From: an uncultured delta proteobacterium
GTDB lineage: Bacteria > Desulfobacterota > Desulfobaccia > Desulfobaccales > 0-14-0-80-60-11
NCBI GenBank assembly: GCA_963812015.1
Contig: CAWETI010000003.1
Coordinates: 512,001 to 576,000, forward strand
Direction: 5' to 3'
Length of the DNA: 64,000 bases
Shown here: in pieces, positions 16,357 through 27,831 of the stretch
Position numbering within the stretch: position 1 is the first letter of the stretch
How the letters are laid out: every line of letters starts with the position of its first letter
Notes under the pieces: generated by a model
What the model was told of the DNA's origin: nothing
What the model saw: the letters and a program-made list of their open reading frames with translations, nothing else
Database searches by the model: none
Made by a program: the position numbers and the translations under genes

Positions 16357-16386
16357 AAAAGCCCCGACCGTCGGCGGGGCTCAAAA
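16357..16386 (-). terminator. Intrinsic terminator of the 16422-16790 gene
   Basis: AGCCCCG...CGGGGCT stem flanked by A-runs (U-tract on minus strand). Confidence 0.65.
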
Positions 16387-16421
16387 ATTATCATAGTCTT
16401 TATACTAACCTTAATTTTTTG

Positions 16422-16790
16422 TCATTTGGTATTCGACCCCAATTTTTGAAGGCTGGGCTTGTGGTGGGGGCGTGCTTGCTTTTGGCCACGCTTTCTGGGT
16501 GGAAGAGACAGATTTATCTCCATATTGCCAATTTCTGTTAGTAACTTACCGATATTCTCTTTGAGTTTGTGGCAAAGAACCTCAAGGTGGCCAGGATCTT
16601 CAAGCAAAATCACGCCCCACAAAGGCCCATTGAGGGTTTCGATTTCAACATGGATATATTGGTGTACGATATCTTGGATACTGACTGCTTTCAGCACACA
16701 ATTCTTGCCAATCATAACAGCCCGTTCTGGTGGCCACCACTCGGGGGGCCAGACAGCTTCACCTCTCCAGACCAAATCCCTTATTCGCAT
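16422..16790 (-). CDS. Hypothetical protein
   Basis: 122 aa, AAGGAGG RBS, WPPEW motif, own terminator. Confidence 0.7.
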   Translation of the reverse strand: MRIRDLVWRGEAVWPPEWWPPERAVMIGKNCVLKAVSIQDIVHQYIHVEIETLNGPLWGVILLEDPGHLEVLCHKLKENIGKLLTEIGNMEINLSLPPRKRGQKQARPHHKPSLQKLGSNTK

Positions 16791-17141
16791 AATGGCCTCC
16801 TTCGTGATTAAAGTTCACAAGAGAAGGGCTAAAATCATTTTCTGACCACGAACTGACCGGCCCCATGCGGGGATATGCACTGGTTGGCAACGAGGGCTTA
16901 GGAGAACCTGGAGCGAACCTCGTGATGAGGTTAAATTAGTCATGCACAAGGAAAAGGTCAACGGGCTGGCCTGGGTTCCTTCGGGGATCTGGGTCAGCCC
17001 CTACTTATAGGAGGTGAAGGGATAGCAACGGCAAAAATGCCTTATACTTGAGAGTAGAGATAAGGAAGCGAAGCCTATAGATAACTTGCCATTATCAACA
17101 CCTCGCGATTAATAACGATATATATGTAATAAGCGAAGCCT

Positions 17142-20100
17142 TTACATCTCCACCGCCCTCCGGCAGGCGGTGAAATAGACTGCCACGCTGATAGCCTCCG
17201 GCGGTTCAATTCCCTTGGCCTTTGCGGCCATCTCCCGGTAGGCCAGGAGTTGGGGCCGGTATGTTTCGGTCTCCCGGTGGATAAACGCGTCCCAATCCTC
17301 CCCGGCGGTGGGGCGGGAGGTCTTAAAATCCACAATCCACCAGTCTTGCCCGTCGAAGGCCAGGAGGTCGATCACGCCCCGGCGGATGAGGCCCGGCTGG
17401 GGTTGATCTTCCAGGAGCCATTCGCTGGCTGCCCAGTCCACCGCGGGCTTCAGGAGGGCGGCCAGGAACGGGTCCGCCTGGCAGGCCCGAAGTTCGGTCA
17501 GAATCTCCGGGGCCAGGGTGGCGGCCGCGGCGGCCGGCAGCCCCGCCTGGCGCAGGGCCGCGCTGAGAGACGCCGTATCCGGCAGGGCCTCGCCTCGGGC
17601 CAGGGTCTCCAAGGCCCGGTGGGTGACCTCCCCCCGGAGGCGGGCCGCGTCGCCATCCTGGGATGGTTCGGCCTCAGCCCGGGGGGCCGTCTCCACCGGC
17701 GGCACAGCCAGACGGGAGGGAAAGCTCACCTGATAGGGGGCCGCTTCCGGGTGAAAATCCCAGGGGGCGGGCAATTCCCGGGGCGGGGCGGTTTCGCCGG
17801 TCAGGGGCTGGACTTCCGTGAGCAGTTCCACGTGCAATTCCGGCTCGGGCCAGGTTACCGAAAATCCCGCCGACGGCAGGTCCTGCCGATAATGCTCTCG
17901 GAGCCAGGCCAGGGGGCTGTGGCCGGAGATCTGCCAGTGGCCCTTTTTATCCAGCTTGGCGAGGCCGGACATGACCAGGCGCTGCCGGGCCCGGGTCACC
18001 GCCACATAGAAGACCCGCCGGGCCTCGTCGATAAGCCGCTGATTTTTCAAGTCCCGCAAGAGCAGGTAGAGGGAACTTTGCTTTTCCTGGATATAGGGCC
18101 GGGCCAGGGCCAGGCCGTGGAGGTCGCGGCCGGGCAGCTCCTCCAGGAGGAAAGGGGGAGTGTTGTCTTCGCTTTTTAAAGGCTGCCAGTCCAGGAAGGG
18201 GAGAAACACCTGATGAAACTCCAGCCCCTTGGCGCCATGCACCGTCAAGATCTCCACCGGGGAGGCCTGGGCCCGGGGGTCCGGGGGCTGAAAGGCCTCG
18301 GCCAGGTTGAAGTCGGCCTTCCCGAAGGTGGCTTCCGGAAGCCCAGCTTCCGCCCCGGACAAAAGATCCAGGTAGACCCGGGCGTTGGCTATCCCCAGGG
18401 GGCCTTCCCAGGCGGCGATCCCGGCCCAGGCAGAGGTTGCCTCGAGCAGATCGGTAAGGATGTCGGCCAGGGGCCGCCGCCCTACCTGGGCCTGGGCGTT
18501 CTCCAAGGCCGAGGCCTGCGCCGACAATTCCCCGGGGCAGTCGGGTTGTCCGGCCAAGCGGCGCAGTTTTTCAAGCCACACCTCTCCCGGGGGCAAGGCC
18601 AGCCGGGCCAGGATGTGGAGGGGCTGGGGGCCCCAGGGGCCCCGAAGGGCCGCGGCCCAGGCCACGTCGTCCTGGGGCCGGGTCAAGGCCCGGGCCAGGT
18701 TGTGCAGGTGGGCCACGGTGGGACTCTCGGCCAGCTTCAGCCCTTCCCGAACCCGGACCGAGAGGCCGGCCTGGTATAAGGCCTGAAGATACCGGGGCAG
18801 ATGCTTGCGGGTGAAGAGCAGGATGCCGATGGTTTCGCGGTCCTTAAGGGTGGCCAGGGCCTGGGCCACCTGCCGGGCCAGCCAGCGGGCCTCGAGTTCC
18901 CGGGGCGGCAGGTCGGTGGTCCCGGTGAACAGCGCCAGATCAGGGGCGGGTCCGGCGGGCGCCCCGGGGCGGGGCTCAGCCCGATGGAAACTGGCCCCGG
19001 CGGCGCCGCAGCGCATGACTGTGCCTTCGAACACCTGGTTGGCCCAGGCAATGAGGGTTTGAGTGGCCCGGAAGTTGGTGGTCAGCTTAAGGGGGGTCAG
19101 GGGCAGAGGTTCGGCGGCGCCGCAGGGCAGCCCGTGCCGGGAGGCCATGAACAGGCGGGGCTTGGCCTGCCGCCAGCCATAGATGGACTGCTTGGGGTCC
19201 CCCACCACCATCAGGGTGCGTCCGTGGCCTTCCTGCCAGCCGGCCATCAGACGGCAGAGGAGGTGCATCTGGTTGACGCTGGTGTCCTGGAATTCGTCCA
19301 CCAGAAGGTGCTTGAGGCGCCAATCCAGGCGGAGCATGATTTCCGAGGGATCGTCCTCTTTGAGAAGATTCAGGGTAGCCGCCTCCAGGTCGACGAAATC
19401 CAGGGCGCCCTGCCGGACGCAGAGTTGATCGTATACGCCCAGGGCTTCCCCCAACAGGATGACCAGGTCCTGGAGCGCCGCAGCTTCTTCGGCAGAGGCG
19501 CCGGCAGGGGTCAGGTCCCGGCACCGCTTCAGAAAACTCACCACCGGCAGAGGCACGTCCTGGATCAGAGGGGCCCATTTTTTCTGATCAAAGCCCTCCG
19601 GGAAACCGTCTTTGGGGGAGAGCCGTTTGCGGGGCTCCCCTTGACTGGCCGTGAGGAGCACGTGAGATATGGATTGCCAGGCAGATAAATCCGCCGGGGC
19701 ACACCCGGGCAGCTCCGGCAAGATGAGGTTGCCATTGGGGGAGCCCTGAAGTGCGGCCCAAAAATCAGCCCAGACCTTTCCTAAGCCGCTGCCTACCAGG
19801 CCGGTGCGCAGGTCTTCCAGGGACGGCAGCAGGACCATCCGGAACCGTTCCTCCAACAGACGCCGGTACGCGGCCGCATCCCGGCTGACCCGAGCCAGAT
19901 CCAGAAAATCTGCCAGGCTATCCCGCCGGCCCAGGAGCCCATGCAACTCTTTGGCCAGGCGCCGCCAATCGTTATTGAGGCGCACCAGGCGCCGTACCAG
20001 GGCCTGGCGCACCGGGTCGCGGGAGGGGCGCGCGTTGAGGCGCTGGCGCAACTCTTCCAGGGCTTCGGCCTTGAGCCAGCGGGCCTGGTCTTCTTCGAGC

Positions 20101-20534
20101 AGCTTGAAGGCCAGGGGCACGCCGGCCTCCTGGGGGGCCAGCTTCAGGAGTTGGGCGCAGAAGCCGTGAAAGGTCATGATGGGGAGGCGTTCCGGGGTCA
20201 GCTTGATCTGGGCCCCATCCGCGTGGCGCCGGAAGACCTCTGCGGCCAGTTCCCGGAGCTTCAGGTCCAGGGGGGAGGCATCGGGGGCCGGGTCTTGGCG
20301 TTCCCAGAGGAGGGCCATGACCCGGGCGCGCAGCTCCCCGGCGGCCTTGCGGGTAAAGGTCAGGGCCAGCATCTCCTCGGGGGTGTCCACCCGGGCCAGG
20401 AGGGTGAGGAACCGGGCCAGGAGCACCGAGGTCTTGCCGGAGCCCGCCGGGGCCTCCAGGTGAAAGCCTTCCCCGGGGTCCAGGGCCTGGTCCCGAATGG
20501 CTTGATCGGCCGGTGGAGTGGGTTCTGTAGTCAT
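17142..20534 (-). CDS. addA: AddA/RecB-like UvrD helicase with C-terminal PD-(D/E)XK nuclease
   Basis: APAGSGKT, LTFTRKAA, LVDEFQDT, VGDPKQSIY, TVHGAKGLEF, YVAVTRAR, GVIDLL...VDFKT; start at MTTEP. Confidence 0.88.
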   Translation of the reverse strand: MTTEPTPPADQAIRDQALDPGEGFHLEAPAGSGKTSVLLARFLTLLARVDTPEEMLALTFTRKAAGELRARVMALLWERQDPAPDASPLDLKLRELAAEVFRRHADGAQIKLTPERLPIMTFHGFCAQLLKLAPQEAGVPLAFKLLEEDQARWLKAEALEELRQRLNARPSRDPVRQALVRRLVRLNNDWRRLAKELHGLLGRRDSLADFLDLARVSRDAAAYRRLLEERFRMVLLPSLEDLRTGLVGSGLGKVWADFWAALQGSPNGNLILPELPGCAPADLSAWQSISHVLLTASQGEPRKRLSPKDGFPEGFDQKKWAPLIQDVPLPVVSFLKRCRDLTPAGASAEEAAALQDLVILLGEALGVYDQLCVRQGALDFVDLEAATLNLLKEDDPSEIMLRLDWRLKHLLVDEFQDTSVNQMHLLCRLMAGWQEGHGRTLMVVGDPKQSIYGWRQAKPRLFMASRHGLPCGAAEPLPLTPLKLTTNFRATQTLIAWANQVFEGTVMRCGAAGASFHRAEPRPGAPAGPAPDLALFTGTTDLPPRELEARWLARQVAQALATLKDRETIGILLFTRKHLPRYLQALYQAGLSVRVREGLKLAESPTVAHLHNLARALTRPQDDVAWAAALRGPWGPQPLHILARLALPPGEVWLEKLRRLAGQPDCPGELSAQASALENAQAQVGRRPLADILTDLLEATSAWAGIAAWEGPLGIANARVYLDLLSGAEAGLPEATFGKADFNLAEAFQPPDPRAQASPVEILTVHGAKGLEFHQVFLPFLDWQPLKSEDNTPPFLLEELPGRDLHGLALARPYIQEKQSSLYLLLRDLKNQRLIDEARRVFYVAVTRARQRLVMSGLAKLDKKGHWQISGHSPLAWLREHYRQDLPSAGFSVTWPEPELHVELLTEVQPLTGETAPPRELPAPWDFHPEAAPYQVSFPSRLAVPPVETAPRAEAEPSQDGDAARLRGEVTHRALETLARGEALPDTASLSAALRQAGLPAAAAATLAPEILTELRACQADPFLAALLKPAVDWAASEWLLEDQPQPGLIRRGVIDLLAFDGQDWWIVDFKTSRPTAGEDWDAFIHRETETYRPQLLAYREMAAKAKGIEPPEAISVAVYFTACRRAVEM

Positions 20535-20543
20535 GGCAATCCC

Positions 20544-20572
20544 GTAAGGGCGATCCGCTGGGTCGCCCCTAC
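20544..20572 (-). repeat. GTAG-type REP overlapping the addB-like stop codon
   Basis: Minus strand GTAGGGGCGACCCAGCGGATCGCCCTTAC; its TAG is the stop codon. Confidence 0.6.
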
Positions 20573-23277
20573 ATCTCTTCCTCTTCCTCGGCGGGCGCCG
20601 GGGGCGGCATGAAGCCGCAGACCAGTTGGTACGGGCAATATTGACAGGCGCCGCTGTGGGGTTTGTCCGGAGGCGGGGTGGGGTCGGGATGGAAATCCCC
20701 CGCGGCCAGGCGGCGGCCCAGGGCCGTGACCTTCGCCGCGAAGGCCGCCGCGGCCTCACGCCACTTTTCCGGAGGAGCGCCGAAATCTTCGTGTTTCAGG
20801 TGGTAGGACCGGGGCGATTTGAGGCCGATGAACCCGGCCCGCAGGTTGGCCACCGCCTGGGTGATCGGCACCCGGCCCTGCTCCACGGCCAGGAGGTAGC
20901 AGGGCAGCTGGGCCTCGGCCACATCATCCAAGACCTGATTTTTCTTGGGGATTTCGCCGCTTTTATAGTCCCAGACCACCAGGTCGGCCGTCTCCGGGTG
21001 AGAGTCCAGGCGATCAATGCGCCCGGCCAGGGTGAAAGGCCAGTCCCGGCCCTGGAGGTCTTGGAAGGCCACCTCGGCGCCCAGCCAGCGCCAGCCCTGC
21101 GCAAAACGCTCCCGTTCCAGGCTCAGCCACTCCCACAGCAAGCCGGCCTCCCCCAGCCAGCGGTCCCCTTCGGCCTGCCAGTGGAGATCGAAGCTCAAGG
21201 GGGCCAACACCTGGCGGGCGGCGTCCTGGAGCATCGAAAGGGCGCGCGGCTGGTCCCAGACGCCATCCTCCTGGAGAACCTCACGGAAGGCCTCGGTGAA
21301 CCGGGCCAGCAGGGTGTGAAGCAGTCGGCCCCGCTCCCGGGGGTCCAGGCCGGCCTCGATCTCCGGCAGTTCCCTGATCTTCAGCAAAACTTCCAGCAAG
21401 AACCGGCAGGGACACGAGAGGGCGGTGCTTATCTGGCTCAGGGAGATTTGCGCCGGCAAGGGCCAGGGCAGGGGCTGGTCGGGAGAGGGCGGCCAGGCGG
21501 GGCTGGCCGGGGCTTGAAACACCACCCGGATGGCGGGGGAGCGCAGCCAGGCGGGGTTGGGGGCGCTGAGCACCGCCATTTCGGCCTTTCCCCATTCCCC
21601 CGGATACACCGGTGTGCTGACCCGCTCTTCCTGGTCCACCAGCCGGGGCCGGGTCAAGGTGAGGTGAGGGGCGGCGCCCAGCAGATTGGCGAAGAGTTCC
21701 GAGGCAAAGTGGTGCTGGCTCTGATAGGTTCCCCCCAGAACCAGGCGCTTTTCACCGGCGGAGAGCAAGGGGAGGGGCCGGGGCGGGGCCGGCAGGGTCC
21801 CGGAATTCATCCCCAGGCAGAAGACGTGGGAAAAGTCCAAGCCCCGCATCTCCAGGAGCCCCAACACCTGAATCCCGGCGGTCTGAATTCCCGGTCCGGG
21901 CAGGGTAATCCGGTGGGCCCCAATCTTCAGCCATTCCAGGAAGTCGCCGGGGGCCAACTTGTCTTCGCCCAGGGTGGCCTCGATGCCGTGCAGCAACTCG
22001 GTGAGGCGGGTCCAGGACTCCGTTTCCGCCTCAGAGAGCCCCCGGGGAAACCCCAGTTCCCGCCAGGTTTCCTGAAGCCGGCGGCGCCACTGCCCCGCCG
22101 AGGCGGCCGACTGCTTCAGGGAATTCCAGACCCGGTCGAGACGCTCCACCATCCCGGTCTCCGAATCCCCGTCCCGGGATCTCAGCACCGTTTGCCGGAG
22201 ACGGTCCCACCCCTGATCCACCCGACGCTCCCGGAAGACCCGGTCCCAGTGGGCCAACCGGTGGCCCTGGAACGGGACGGCCCCGCCGTAATAAGGGGAC
22301 AGGAGCAGGGAAACCAGGTCTTCCCGGCGCTCTTGGGCGGCGATGAACTGCACGGGGAGGAGTGCGGCCTGGAAGAGCGGAACTTCCGCAAGATTCGGCC
22401 CCTGGGAAAAATTGTAGGCCCAACCATCCGGAGTCTGGGGGGGGCCCAGCAATTCGGCCAGGACCCGCCGCAGTTGGGGGGCGGCAGTTTCGACATCCAT
22501 GGCGGTGACCGCCAGGCGATGGAGCGGCAGGCCATCCCCATGGGCCAGCTCCACCAGTTGGGCCGCCACCCAATCCAGTTCCTGGCCAGGATCGGGCAGG
22601 ACCAGGGCTTGCCGCACGTTTTCCCGGTCGCCTCGCACCTGGAGGTGGACCACCGCGGTATGACGGCTGAGCTCCGTCAGCCAGAGTTCTTCCAGGGGGG
22701 CCGGAGTTTCCAGACCCACGACCAGAACCCGGGGGGGTAAGGTGATCTTGCCGGCCCGGAGGGCGGCCACCAGGTAGGGCGGGAGTTCCCCGGGGCTCAT
22801 CCAGGCCCCCTGCCGCAGCAGGTCGGTATACAGGCGGGTGGCCTGACGGCGCCAGGCCACCAGGGGCGAATCATCCGGTCCTGGGGTCAGCGACAGCAGT
22901 CCATAACGGCAGAGGAGGGTGTGGGTTTCGTCCAGGGCCTGGGCCCAGGCCAGCTCCGGTGTGGGGCCGATGGGGGGCGGCGCGGCTTTGAGGGTTTGAC
23001 GCCACAGGGCCAGGCGCATTAGGGGGGGGGCCAGGGCTGCTTGGGGCCACAGTGCCTGGAAGAGCTCGGACCACCAGGCGTTGAGGGTGAAGAGCGTTAG
23101 AGGCTCCCAGGCGGGGCGGCCGGCGGCGATGGCGGCGGTGCGCTGGCGGTGCCAGACCTGGTGGGCCAGCCGCTGGTGCGGCACCACCGTGAGGGTGCCG
23201 GGGCCGGCCTCTCTCAGGAGATAATCTTGTAAGCACCCACTGGCGGAGAAAAACTTCTGGTCCACTCCGTTGGCCAT
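20569..23277 (-). CDS. addB: AddB-like inactive helicase / PD-(D/E)XK nuclease with Fe-S cysteines
   Basis: SCPCRF, ERGRLLH, GRIDRLD, WDYKSG, QLPCY, CQYCPYQLVC; directly upstream of addA. Confidence 0.8.
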   Translation of the reverse strand: MANGVDQKFFSASGCLQDYLLREAGPGTLTVVPHQRLAHQVWHRQRTAAIAAGRPAWEPLTLFTLNAWWSELFQALWPQAALAPPLMRLALWRQTLKAAPPPIGPTPELAWAQALDETHTLLCRYGLLSLTPGPDDSPLVAWRRQATRLYTDLLRQGAWMSPGELPPYLVAALRAGKITLPPRVLVVGLETPAPLEELWLTELSRHTAVVHLQVRGDRENVRQALVLPDPGQELDWVAAQLVELAHGDGLPLHRLAVTAMDVETAAPQLRRVLAELLGPPQTPDGWAYNFSQGPNLAEVPLFQAALLPVQFIAAQERREDLVSLLLSPYYGGAVPFQGHRLAHWDRVFRERRVDQGWDRLRQTVLRSRDGDSETGMVERLDRVWNSLKQSAASAGQWRRRLQETWRELGFPRGLSEAETESWTRLTELLHGIEATLGEDKLAPGDFLEWLKIGAHRITLPGPGIQTAGIQVLGLLEMRGLDFSHVFCLGMNSGTLPAPPRPLPLLSAGEKRLVLGGTYQSQHHFASELFANLLGAAPHLTLTRPRLVDQEERVSTPVYPGEWGKAEMAVLSAPNPAWLRSPAIRVVFQAPASPAWPPSPDQPLPWPLPAQISLSQISTALSCPCRFLLEVLLKIRELPEIEAGLDPRERGRLLHTLLARFTEAFREVLQEDGVWDQPRALSMLQDAARQVLAPLSFDLHWQAEGDRWLGEAGLLWEWLSLERERFAQGWRWLGAEVAFQDLQGRDWPFTLAGRIDRLDSHPETADLVVWDYKSGEIPKKNQVLDDVAEAQLPCYLLAVEQGRVPITQAVANLRAGFIGLKSPRSYHLKHEDFGAPPEKWREAAAAFAAKVTALGRRLAAGDFHPDPTPPPDKPHSGACQYCPYQLVCGFMPPPAPAEEEEEM

Positions 23278-24095
23278 TAATTTCCTATTTGCACCGGGAC
23301 CTGTTTTCCGGCGATCCAGTCTGCAATCACCTGCACTACCTGATCTTCGCGGCCCAAGAACCCGTGATAGCTCAGGGCCTGGCAGGGATCGGACTGCGGC
23401 GGGCTGCCTCCCAGAACTTCGACAAAGTCAACCTTGGAGGCGCAGGAAAGCTTAGTTTTAAGCGCCACTGCATCCGGGAAGGGGCAAATATTGCAGCCGT
23501 CATCGCGGTGATGCACCATTAAGGTGGGGAGGGTAATTCGGTTCAGACGGAATCCGTTCACGTATTGCGTCACGGTGCTGGTGAGAACCAGGCCCTTTAT
23601 CCGGCTATCCTTTAACTCCATTCCCAGATAGGCGACGGATAGGGTCCCCATGCTGGTGCCCACGAGATAAATTGGTTTTAGCCCCTGAGCATCTAAAAAA
23701 TTTATAACTTTGACAATATCCTGCAAGTGTTCCGGAGAATTTCTGAACCCAGCTGACATGCCGTCAGATTGATCCGAGGGTGCGTCCACAATGGCCACTG
23801 CCAGCCCTTGCTTGACAAATTGCGGTGAGGTCCGCACCAGAAAGTTTTCGCCCAAATGAATCTGGCCGCCCCTTTCCTTGAACATATTGGCGCCATTCCC
23901 TCCCGGGAACATGATCAATATGGCTTTCGCAGGTGCGGCAGGAATATTGAGCAGGACCTTAATCGTGACTCCGGTTCGGGTGGGGATGGCTTTGATTTCC
24001 TGGCCGGCGAGGGTGGACGCCGCTGCTAACGACAAAACCAGGGTCCCGGTTAGAAGCAGACAGGCTTTACCGAGAAAAGGGAAAACACCCTTCAT
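23277..24095 (-). CDS. Exported alpha/beta hydrolase
   Basis: Signal peptide, MFPGG, GTSMG nucleophile elbow, HHRDDGC, YHGF; AGGAGG RBS before MKGV. Confidence 0.8.
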   Translation of the reverse strand: MKGVFPFLGKACLLLTGTLVLSLAAASTLAGQEIKAIPTRTGVTIKVLLNIPAAPAKAILIMFPGGNGANMFKERGGQIHLGENFLVRTSPQFVKQGLAVAIVDAPSDQSDGMSAGFRNSPEHLQDIVKVINFLDAQGLKPIYLVGTSMGTLSVAYLGMELKDSRIKGLVLTSTVTQYVNGFRLNRITLPTLMVHHRDDGCNICPFPDAVALKTKLSCASKVDFVEVLGGSPPQSDPCQALSYHGFLGREDQVVQVIADWIAGKQVPVQIGN

Positions 24096-24232
24096 TTCCG
24101 CCTCCTGACGAATGTTATTTTGCCGTTTTGAAGGATAGCACAAGCAGGAAAATTGCGGGGGCAAAAATGGGTCCTTCCAGCCTGTTCGGTTGGTACCGAG
24201 TTGTTTTAACCCGGAAAAGTGGGTGAAGTCGC

Positions 24233-26134
24233 TTAGGCCTTTTGATCCTGCGCCTGGGGGTTATTCAAAATCTTCCGCAATTCCTCGCCTTCCAGGACCT
24301 CTTTTTCCAGGAGGATTTTGGCTGCCTGCTCCAGCACGGCCCGCTGCTTTTCCAGGACCTCCCGGGCCCGCCGGTGGGCCCGCTCCACCAGGATCGCCAC
24401 CTCCTGGTCGATTTCCAAAGCCGTGGCTTCGCTGTAATCCTTGGAGCCGGGGGGCAGCATGGTGTCCAGGAACAGGGGACGCCGCTCCCGCTCGAAGGTG
24501 ATGGGCCCCAGGCGTTCGCTCATGCCATATTCCCGCACCATGGAGCGGGCGACGTCCGTGGCCCGGTAGAGGTCGTTCTGGGCCCCGGTGGAAATTTCAT
24601 TGAAGATCAACTCTTCCGCCACCCGGCCGCCCATCATCACGGCCATGCGGTCTTCCAGCTCGGTTTTGGTCATCAGGTAGCGGTCTTCGGTGGGGAGTTG
24701 CATGGTATAGCCCAGGGCGCCGATGCCCCGGGGAATGATGGAGACCCGGTGCACCCGGTCGGTGGTGGGCAGGGCTTCGGCCACCAGGGCGTGGCCGGTC
24801 TCATGATAGGCCACGATCTCTTTTTCCTTGGGGTTCATGACCCGGTTGCGCTTTTCCAACCCGGCCACGACCCGGTCGATGGCCGCCTCAAAGTCATCCA
24901 TCTCCACGGCCTGCTTATTTCTCCGGGCTGCCAGCAAGGCCGCTTCGTTGACGATGTTGGCCAAATCCGACCCCACCATGCCGGGGGTGCGGGCCGCCAG
25001 GGTGTGGAGGTTGGCCTCCGGGGAGACCTTGATTTTCCGGGTGTGGATGGTTAAAATATCTTCCCGGCCCTTGAGGGAAGGCCGATCCACCAGGATATGG
25101 CGGTCGAAGCGCCCGGGGCGGATCAGGGCCGGGTCCAGGATTTCCGGCCGGTTGGTGGCGGCCATGATGATCACCCCTTTGCGGGTGTCGAAGCCGTCCA
25201 TCTCGGACAACAACTGATTCAGGGTATTTTCCCGTTCTTCCGGCCCCCCCATGGGACTGAAGCCCCGGGCCTTGCCGATGGCGTCCAATTCGTCGATGAA
25301 GATGATGCAGGGCGCCTTCTCCTGGGCCGTGGCAAAGAGGTCCCGCACCCGGGCGGCGCCCACCCCCACGAACATTTCCACAAAATCGGAGCCGGACAGG
25401 CTCATAAAGGGCACCCCGGCCTCGCCGGCCACGGCCCGGGCCAGGAGGGTCTTGCCGGTGCCCGGGGGGCCCACCAGCAGGACGCCCTTGGGGAGGTTCC
25501 CCCCCAAAACCTGAAATTTGGCCGGGTTCTTCAAGAATTCGATGATTTCCTTCAGTTCCTCTTCGGCTTCTTCGACGCCGGCCACGTCCTGGAAGGTGAC
25601 CTTGGTTTCATCCTGGACATAGACCTTGGCCCGGCTCTTGCCCACGGTCATGAGGCCGCCGGCGCCGCTGCCGATCTTCCGGAAGAAATAGACCCAGATG
25701 ACGATGAGGAGGAGGAAGGGGAACACCCAGGACACAAGAGAGGTGAGCCAGGTATTTTCCTGGACGGCCCGATACTTGAGGTGCTGCTTCTCCAAAAGCG
25801 TCACCAGGTCCGGGTCCTTCATCCTGACGGTGGAAAACATCGGGGTTTTCTTGTCAAACTGCTTCTCCAGGGTCTGGGGCAGGTCGGGTTTGTTCCGCTC
25901 CTTGGCCAGGTCCTCGATCCCCTTGGGGAGCAGTTTGCCCTTGATGGTATCGGTGTCGACGGCCAGGTCGTCGACGGCCTGGATCTCCACCAGGTGGCGA
26001 AATTCACTGTAACTGATCTCCGCGGCCGGCTGCATGGCGCTGTAGTACTGGAAAATCGACAGCAACAGGACCAGGGCCAGGACATACCAGATGATGGTAG
26101 TGCGGGCCGTGGAGGGAGGTGGGTTTTCGGCCAT
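24233..26134 (-). CDS. ftsH: ATP-dependent zinc metalloprotease FtsH
   Basis: Two TM helices, [27 protein letters not shown]. Confidence 0.96.
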   Translation of the reverse strand: MAENPPPSTARTTIIWYVLALVLLLSIFQYYSAMQPAAEISYSEFRHLVEIQAVDDLAVDTDTIKGKLLPKGIEDLAKERNKPDLPQTLEKQFDKKTPMFSTVRMKDPDLVTLLEKQHLKYRAVQENTWLTSLVSWVFPFLLLIVIWVYFFRKIGSGAGGLMTVGKSRAKVYVQDETKVTFQDVAGVEEAEEELKEIIEFLKNPAKFQVLGGNLPKGVLLVGPPGTGKTLLARAVAGEAGVPFMSLSGSDFVEMFVGVGAARVRDLFATAQEKAPCIIFIDELDAIGKARGFSPMGGPEERENTLNQLLSEMDGFDTRKGVIIMAATNRPEILDPALIRPGRFDRHILVDRPSLKGREDILTIHTRKIKVSPEANLHTLAARTPGMVGSDLANIVNEAALLAARRNKQAVEMDDFEAAIDRVVAGLEKRNRVMNPKEKEIVAYHETGHALVAEALPTTDRVHRVSIIPRGIGALGYTMQLPTEDRYLMTKTELEDRMAVMMGGRVAEELIFNEISTGAQNDLYRATDVARSMVREYGMSERLGPITFERERRPLFLDTMLPPGSKDYSEATALEIDQEVAILVERAHRRAREVLEKQRAVLEQAAKILLEKEVLEGEELRKILNNPQAQDQKA

Positions 26135-26363
26135 GGTTACCTCATCCCTGGATATTACTGGGTATTTCGCTGTTCATAATATAACGATTGAGGGGGGATA
26201 AGCAACCTGATCTTGCCGGGGCCTTGCGGATGGGCGACGCCCTTCCTATTGTATAACAATGGTCATGATCGGTGGGTGGGGCGGAGGGTCGGCCCTTGCC
26301 TGAAAATGATAACCAACCGGCATTAACCCAAATTAATCAATCTTACCTGCTCAGGAGCGACGC

Positions 26364-26597
26364 ATGGAAAACGCATTGAAGAAGCTGGATATCGATAATC
26401 TCCCCCTTCCCGGGCTGGTGGAGGAACTCCGCCGGGCGGCCAAAAACTGTCAGTGCGAGGGGACCCGGGAAACCGTGTTTACCGCCCGGGGGCGGGATAA
26501 CGTGGTGAATTGTCTGGCGTGCGAACCGATCTATGAGGTGCTGGAGCCGCTGGAAAAGGCGTTGGCAATCCTTCACAAGGAGAGGAAATCGGCGTAA
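26364..26597 (+). CDS. Small hypothetical protein with CxC and CxxC motifs
   Basis: 77 aa, AGGAG RBS, host-like codon use. Confidence 0.65.
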   Translation: MENALKKLDIDNLPLPGLVEELRRAAKNCQCEGTRETVFTARGRDNVVNCLACEPIYEVLEPLEKALAILHKERKSA

Positions 26598-26649
26598 GGG
26601 GTCTCTCTCAAGGGAACGAAGGCGTGTCCTTTAGGGAAACTTAGGAAAA

Positions 26650-27678
26650 TTACGAAAATAAGGTGCGGTGGGTCCCTTTCCGGGGCAGCTTGGCGAAATA
26701 TTCCGCCGCCCGGTTGGTGGCCATGCGGCCCCGGGGGGTGCGCTGGAGAAAGCCGCACTGCATCAGGTAGGGCTCGTAGACGTCTTCCAGGGTGTCTTCC
26801 TCTTCGCACAGGGCCGCGGCCAGGGTGCCCAGGCCGACCGGCCCGCCGTCGTATTTTTCCAGGATGGTGAGGAGGATTTGGCGGTCCATGCGGTCGAACC
26901 CGAGCTGGTCGATGTCCAGGAGGGTGAGAGCGGCGTCGGCGCAGTCCCGGTCGATGCGGCCGTCGCCCCGGACCTGGGCGTAATCCCGCACCCGTTTGAG
27001 GAGCCGGTTGGCGATGCGGGGCGTGCCCCGGGAGCGCCGGGAAATCTCCCGGGCCCCGTCGGCATCCATTTCAATACCCAGCACCTGGGCGGCCCGATTG
27101 GTGATTTGGACCAGCTCTTCCACCCGGTAAAAATCCACCCGGAGCATCAAGCCGAAGCGGTCCCGGAGCGCCGGGGTGAGAAGGCCGGCCCGGGTGGTGG
27201 CCCCCACCAGGGTGAAGTTTGGCAGCTCCAACTTCAGGGAGCGGGCCCCCGGCCCCTGGCCGATGATGAGGTCCAGGCGGAAGTCCTCCATGGCGGGGTA
27301 GAGGATTTCCTCCACTACCGTGGGCAGCCGGTGAACTTCGTCAATAAACAGGACATCCAGGGGGGACAGATTGGTGAGCAGGGCCGCCAGGTCCCCGGCC
27401 CGCTCGATCACGGGCCCTGAGGTGGACTTGATACCGCCGCCCATCTCATGGGCAATGATGTAGGCCAGGGTGGTCTTCCCTAAACCCGGGGGGCCGTGGA
27501 CCAGGATGTGGTCCACCGCCTCGCCCCGGGCCCGGGCCGCCTCCAGGGCGATCTCCAGGTTGCGCCGCAGTTCCTCCTGGCCCACGAACTCGGCCAGATT
27601 CCGGGGCCGCAGCCCCGCCTCCAACCCCAGGTCCTCCACCTGGAGCCGGGGATTGACGATGCGCTCTTCCTGGGTCAT
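26650..27678 (-). CDS. ruvB: Holliday junction branch migration helicase RuvB
   Basis: [47 protein letters not shown]. Confidence 0.97.
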   Translation of the reverse strand: MTQEERIVNPRLQVEDLGLEAGLRPRNLAEFVGQEELRRNLEIALEAARARGEAVDHILVHGPPGLGKTTLAYIIAHEMGGGIKSTSGPVIERAGDLAALLTNLSPLDVLFIDEVHRLPTVVEEILYPAMEDFRLDLIIGQGPGARSLKLELPNFTLVGATTRAGLLTPALRDRFGLMLRVDFYRVEELVQITNRAAQVLGIEMDADGAREISRRSRGTPRIANRLLKRVRDYAQVRGDGRIDRDCADAALTLLDIDQLGFDRMDRQILLTILEKYDGGPVGLGTLAAALCEEEDTLEDVYEPYLMQCGFLQRTPRGRMATNRAAEYFAKLPRKGTHRTLFS

Positions 27679-27831
27679 TTGAGGCTAATTTATCCCAGCA
27701 TACGCAACTTTGCAAGCGGGATGGTTTTTCCCGCATGGAGAAAACCTTGGCCCTGAGGTCTGGGTTTGATAGACTTAGCCGAGATCAGTCACCTAAACCA
27801 TGAGGGTAAATAAGAGTGAAAGGCATACACC

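Noticed and set aside
10135..16790. Alternative genetic code (TGA as sense) for the cassette, since all its ORFs end in TGA
   Set aside because: The other TGAs fall at natural domain ends (VGCWDI, PLYVQQV) or just before an RBS; only the kinase TGA looks internal
16802..16820. TCGTGA-N7-TCACAA dyad before the 16422-16790 gene as a Rex/CRP site
   Set aside because: Spacer is one base too long for the consensus
17066..17141. 11-bp direct repeat AAGCGAAGCCT next to the addA stop as an att site
   Set aside because: Both copies lie on the same side of the cassette, 65 nt apart; no integrase and no partner copy seen at the other border
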